Origin: Eledone cirrhosa
Lineage: Eukaryota
Assembly (NCBI GenBank): GCA_964016885.1
Contig: OZ024740.1
Span: 14,384,001-14,448,000 of the forward strand
DNA: 64,000 bases
Reading direction: 5' to 3'
Positions 57,201-64,000 of this stretch are shown here, piece after piece. The translations under genes and the position numbers were made by a program. The notes under the pieces were generated by a model. It was not told the origin of the DNA and did no database searches. It saw nothing but the letters and a program-made list of their open reading frames with translations. Positions within the stretch are counted from its first letter, which is position 1. The number at the start of each line of letters is the position of its first letter.

Positions 57201-58572
57201 TTTTCTTAGAAGGAATATGACGTCACTTTCAGCTTATATCTGGAGTCTAAAAGACAACCACACCCAATATAAGTTACACTGGGAGATCCTAGCTAGGGCT
57301 AGATCGTATAACGGAAATAAAAGACCATGTGACCTCTGCGCCGCTGAAGCCCTGGAAATACTCTACGCCACAGACCACATCTTAAACAAAAAATCTGAGG
57401 CAATTTCGGCTTGTAAACATAAATTGCACAAAACTTTCCTGTATTACAGCCCCACGTTATACCCTAACGGATAGCACGATCTATACGTGGATATTTTACG
57501 TCTTGATGTGGGAGCTAAGTATATGTTTGTTTATTCCTTTACTTATTTGCATAGGTAAGTATATATTACCCGTATGTTTTGTGAAGGTATGTATACCTTC
57601 TCGTATGTATATTTGACTGTTATGGCGTATAATTTTTACATATTCTGGCATTTAGGGTTTGGCTATGTGTATACGGGAGTTTTGCGTCTGCGTGAGTATG
57701 CAGGTTCGTACGTATGGTGGGTGTGTGTATATGTGTACTTCTTGTTTTAGTTGACTTACGTCTCCGAACATTCGTGTATTTATTTGTAGGTATGTGTGTG
57801 CGCTTGTTATATACGTATTTATTTACTTATATACGTTTATATAATTATTTATTTATTTGTACACAAGCATACACACACACACATATTTATATGCACGTGG
57901 TTTTGTATACCTATGGTAAGGTTTTGCTGATGCTTGTGTATGTACGTATCTGTTTGCGTGTATGTATTTATTTGTTTCTATTACTTCTGTATTGTATTTA
58001 TTTACTTTGTTCTTAACCCTGTAGCGGAGATTCATTTGGTCTCCTAGTTAGAATTTTAGTCTACAACTTCTGCTATACCATTTACGTGGTTTTGTCTTTG
58101 CGTGCTATTGTTCTCCACGCTCCACATATGACTTATTATCTTCGATTTTTCGTTCATTGCCAGAGAACGTCTCTATGCACCACCTAAGAGAACATTAGTC
58201 TACTACCTCATTTATACCATAAACGTGGTTCTGTCTTTGCGCGTAATTGTTTTTCACGGCTCCTATTAATGACGTATTATTCGTTTTTTCCCGTTCTTTG
58301 CCAGCGAACGTTTCCACGAACCAAAGTATCGTCTTCCTGTCTTCCTCCGGTTGCAACGTTTTTTGAAATATCCAGTTCTGCGTTTACAGATTGACTTTGT
58401 TAGTTTCAGGAGATCCCGTTAAGGGTGAAAGCAGCGATTCTTTGCTTAAACTTTAATCTGTTATTTTAATAAATATTTGCTCTACGGTTGTTATATATTT
58501 GATATGTATTTTCCTTATCGAGCCCTCTTTGGATTTTAGTCTTCAATTTTATTATTATTATTATTATTATTA
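54291..58572 (+). mobile_element. Full-length Naiad-like PLE: inverted pLTR (54291-54848), pLTR (54848-55300), ORF, pLTR (~58106-58572) ending in (TTA)n
   Basis: Direct and inverted terminal repeats flank an intact ORF. Confidence 0.9.
55348..57474 (+). CDS. PLE reverse transcriptase plus GIY-YIG endonuclease (Naiad-like)
   Basis: 708 aa, uninterrupted. SDKTG, LKDHK, FDINNYYSSI, YRDDGL, YLDVTL, CNCRNRADC (CxCx5C), IVY...YIG. Confidence 0.93.
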   Translation: MQKQHLNISTKNILVPSRKTYLKLLIQKTDAFIKRLRWRAFYFDNPRKADNKQDKFGFKTYNNPPWNPALLPFENDVLELIRSIKFRNRSNSFQQDLKNRIRSIKDSNAVHVHSDKTGNLYQVERSTYHQLLHNAVTKDYRKTNRCVINEINDAGFKIKITSDLNILDRTEPLDPISPHFTLKDHKSNFPNNPSIRLINPTKSDLGRLSKTILDRIIPEIRSLAPLALWNNSFAVIDWFNGICNKEHCRFIQFDINNYYSSITLPLLLRAINFAKTLTVVKDFEVDVILNARKSVINFDDSIWIKKSNSTPFDVSMGVSDSAEVTDLIGLFLLFSIKDEFPNAGGGLYRDDGLLTMTKCGPRACDRFRKELTAFFKGFNLSIQVEGNLSVVNYLDVTLNLLNGLYYPYRKPNDTLNYISKHSNHPASITKNLVKNVSLRLSRLSTNERIFNDHSTYYNEALARSGFVDKVAYTEYKNRPRRNRSRRICWFNPPYNMEVATPLAKIFLSLITKHFPPTHKYSKIFNRNTIKISYSTTPNLAHNITASNLAKLPSRRNTCNPVVSTNCNCRNRADCPLSGKCLSSNIVYKCKVVTPTSRRAYIGLTANSFKQHLYMHTHSFLRRNMTSLSAYIWSLKDNHTQYKLHWEILARARSYNGNKRPCDLCAAEALEILYATDHILNKKSEAISACKHKLHKTFLYYSPTLYPNG

Positions 58573-58683
58573 TTTCAACCTCTGTTTTTTTACACGCAGA
58601 AATGCCCATTTGTACCGTCCTGTATTGTCCTGTACTGTCCTTAATGTCTACTTTATGTGAACCCTTATGGTTAATAAAGAAAA

Positions 58684-58761
<78 letters not shown>

Positions 58762-58778
58762 ATATATATGTATATAGT

Positions 58779-59105
58779 TAAAAGAATAGAGGTGTAACAC
58801 ACAAGTTATTATATATTGGTAAATGGAATAGAAAATGCTGACAAATTGTTCACAGTTGAAAAATGGTTTAATTAGAAATAAAAGAGTATTAGTGATTGTA
58901 TGGGTTAGTATTCAGTTGTGGTTTTAAGTTTTTAAGTTTTTACCGGTTGCGCATTTCTAAATGCTTTTCAAAAATAATTTTGAGATAGAGTGTCCGTGTT
59001 GTTTGCTCTGATCTAACCCATACAATCACTAATACTCTTTTATTCCTAATTAAACCATTTTTCAACTGTGAACAATTTGTCAGCATTTTCTATTCCATTT
59101 AACAA
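58779..59105. mobile_element. pLTR remnant related to 26274-30313, with fold-back
   Basis: 58779-59015 is similar to ~29381-29605; 59015-59105 is an inverted copy. Confidence 0.8.
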
Positions 59106-59111
59106 TATATG

Positions 59112-59194
<83 letters not shown>

Positions 59195-59241
59195 GTATAT
59201 ATATATATGTATATACATATATATATGTATATATATATATT

Positions 59242-59438
<197 letters not shown>

Positions 59439-59465
59439 ATATATATATATATATATATGTATATC

Positions 59466-59566
<101 letters not shown>

Positions 59567-59687
59567 GTGAGGTTTTTTTTACAAAATGAAAAATAACCGA
59601 GGTGTCCTACACAGTGAAAGTATAAAGAAAAAGAGATGAAATCGAAAATGCAACTGGAGTCTTATTTTTTTTTAAAATATATATATT

Positions 59688-60228
59688 TATATGTATGTAC
59701 GTATACATACATACTTACATTTAAGTAAGTGCCGTTTTAAGAGTGAAAAATGAAATTTCGTTTTCATTTTATTACAACTTATCGTTTTCGGTACGCCTGA
59801 CCGATTTAACTCACTCGATATGCAAATTAGGCTGCTCAGCCGTTAATTTTCATAAGGAAAGTATATACTTTCGAACGTTCAACCATCTGGCAGAAGGGTA
59901 TACGGTGCTGATGATAGCTAACAAGCTTGAAACTAGTACATCGTTCCTCTGTCAGTGTTGAACAAAAAGGTGACGTGGTTGCCTTAACACCGTACGGCAT
60001 AAAATCAGGCTGTTCAGTTTGTTTACAAACGAACAAAGCGGGCGTTATAATAAACTGATACGTACATATATGTATGTGTACCTGTATGTATGTATATATA
60101 TATATATATATGCATGCTACTATACGTCTGTATACATATATGTATGTACGTATACATACATACTTACATTTAAGTAAGTGCCGAACTAAGAGTGAGAAAT
60201 GAAATTTCGTTTTCATTTTATTACAACT
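59688..60228 (+). mobile_element. Family B copy (~1.2 units) with hammerhead 59903-59943
   Basis: Homologous to 13090-13688. Confidence 0.88.
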
Positions 60229-60240
60229 GTATATATATAT

Positions 60241-64000
<3,760 letters not shown>

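Overview
Gene-free, AT-microsatellite-rich animal genomic DNA. The repeat landscape resembles a cephalopod/octopus genome (inference). The window is almost entirely a nest of Penelope-like retroelements (PLEs) and their non-coding derivatives, most of them abutting (AT)n tracts. Highlights: (1) a near-identical head-to-tail array of a 4147-bp PLE (1-10591, minus strand) plus an inverted fragment; its normally single RT/GIY-YIG ORF is split, at all three junctions seen, into an Asn-rich ORF1 and a +1-frame ORF2; (2) an intact Naiad-like PLE (55348-57474); (3) about ten distinct families of type-I hammerhead ribozyme motifs, including a ~480-bp tandem non-coding retrozyme-like unit and a U3-A8 compensated core variant; (4) many fold-back inversions centred on pre-existing hairpins; (5) a 40-bp satellite that has expanded inside a CRE-like retroelement derivative (three arrays); (6) RTE and Tx1/L1-like LINE remnants and tRNA-type SINEs. 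No host exon was recognised. All calls are by eye; no searches were run.
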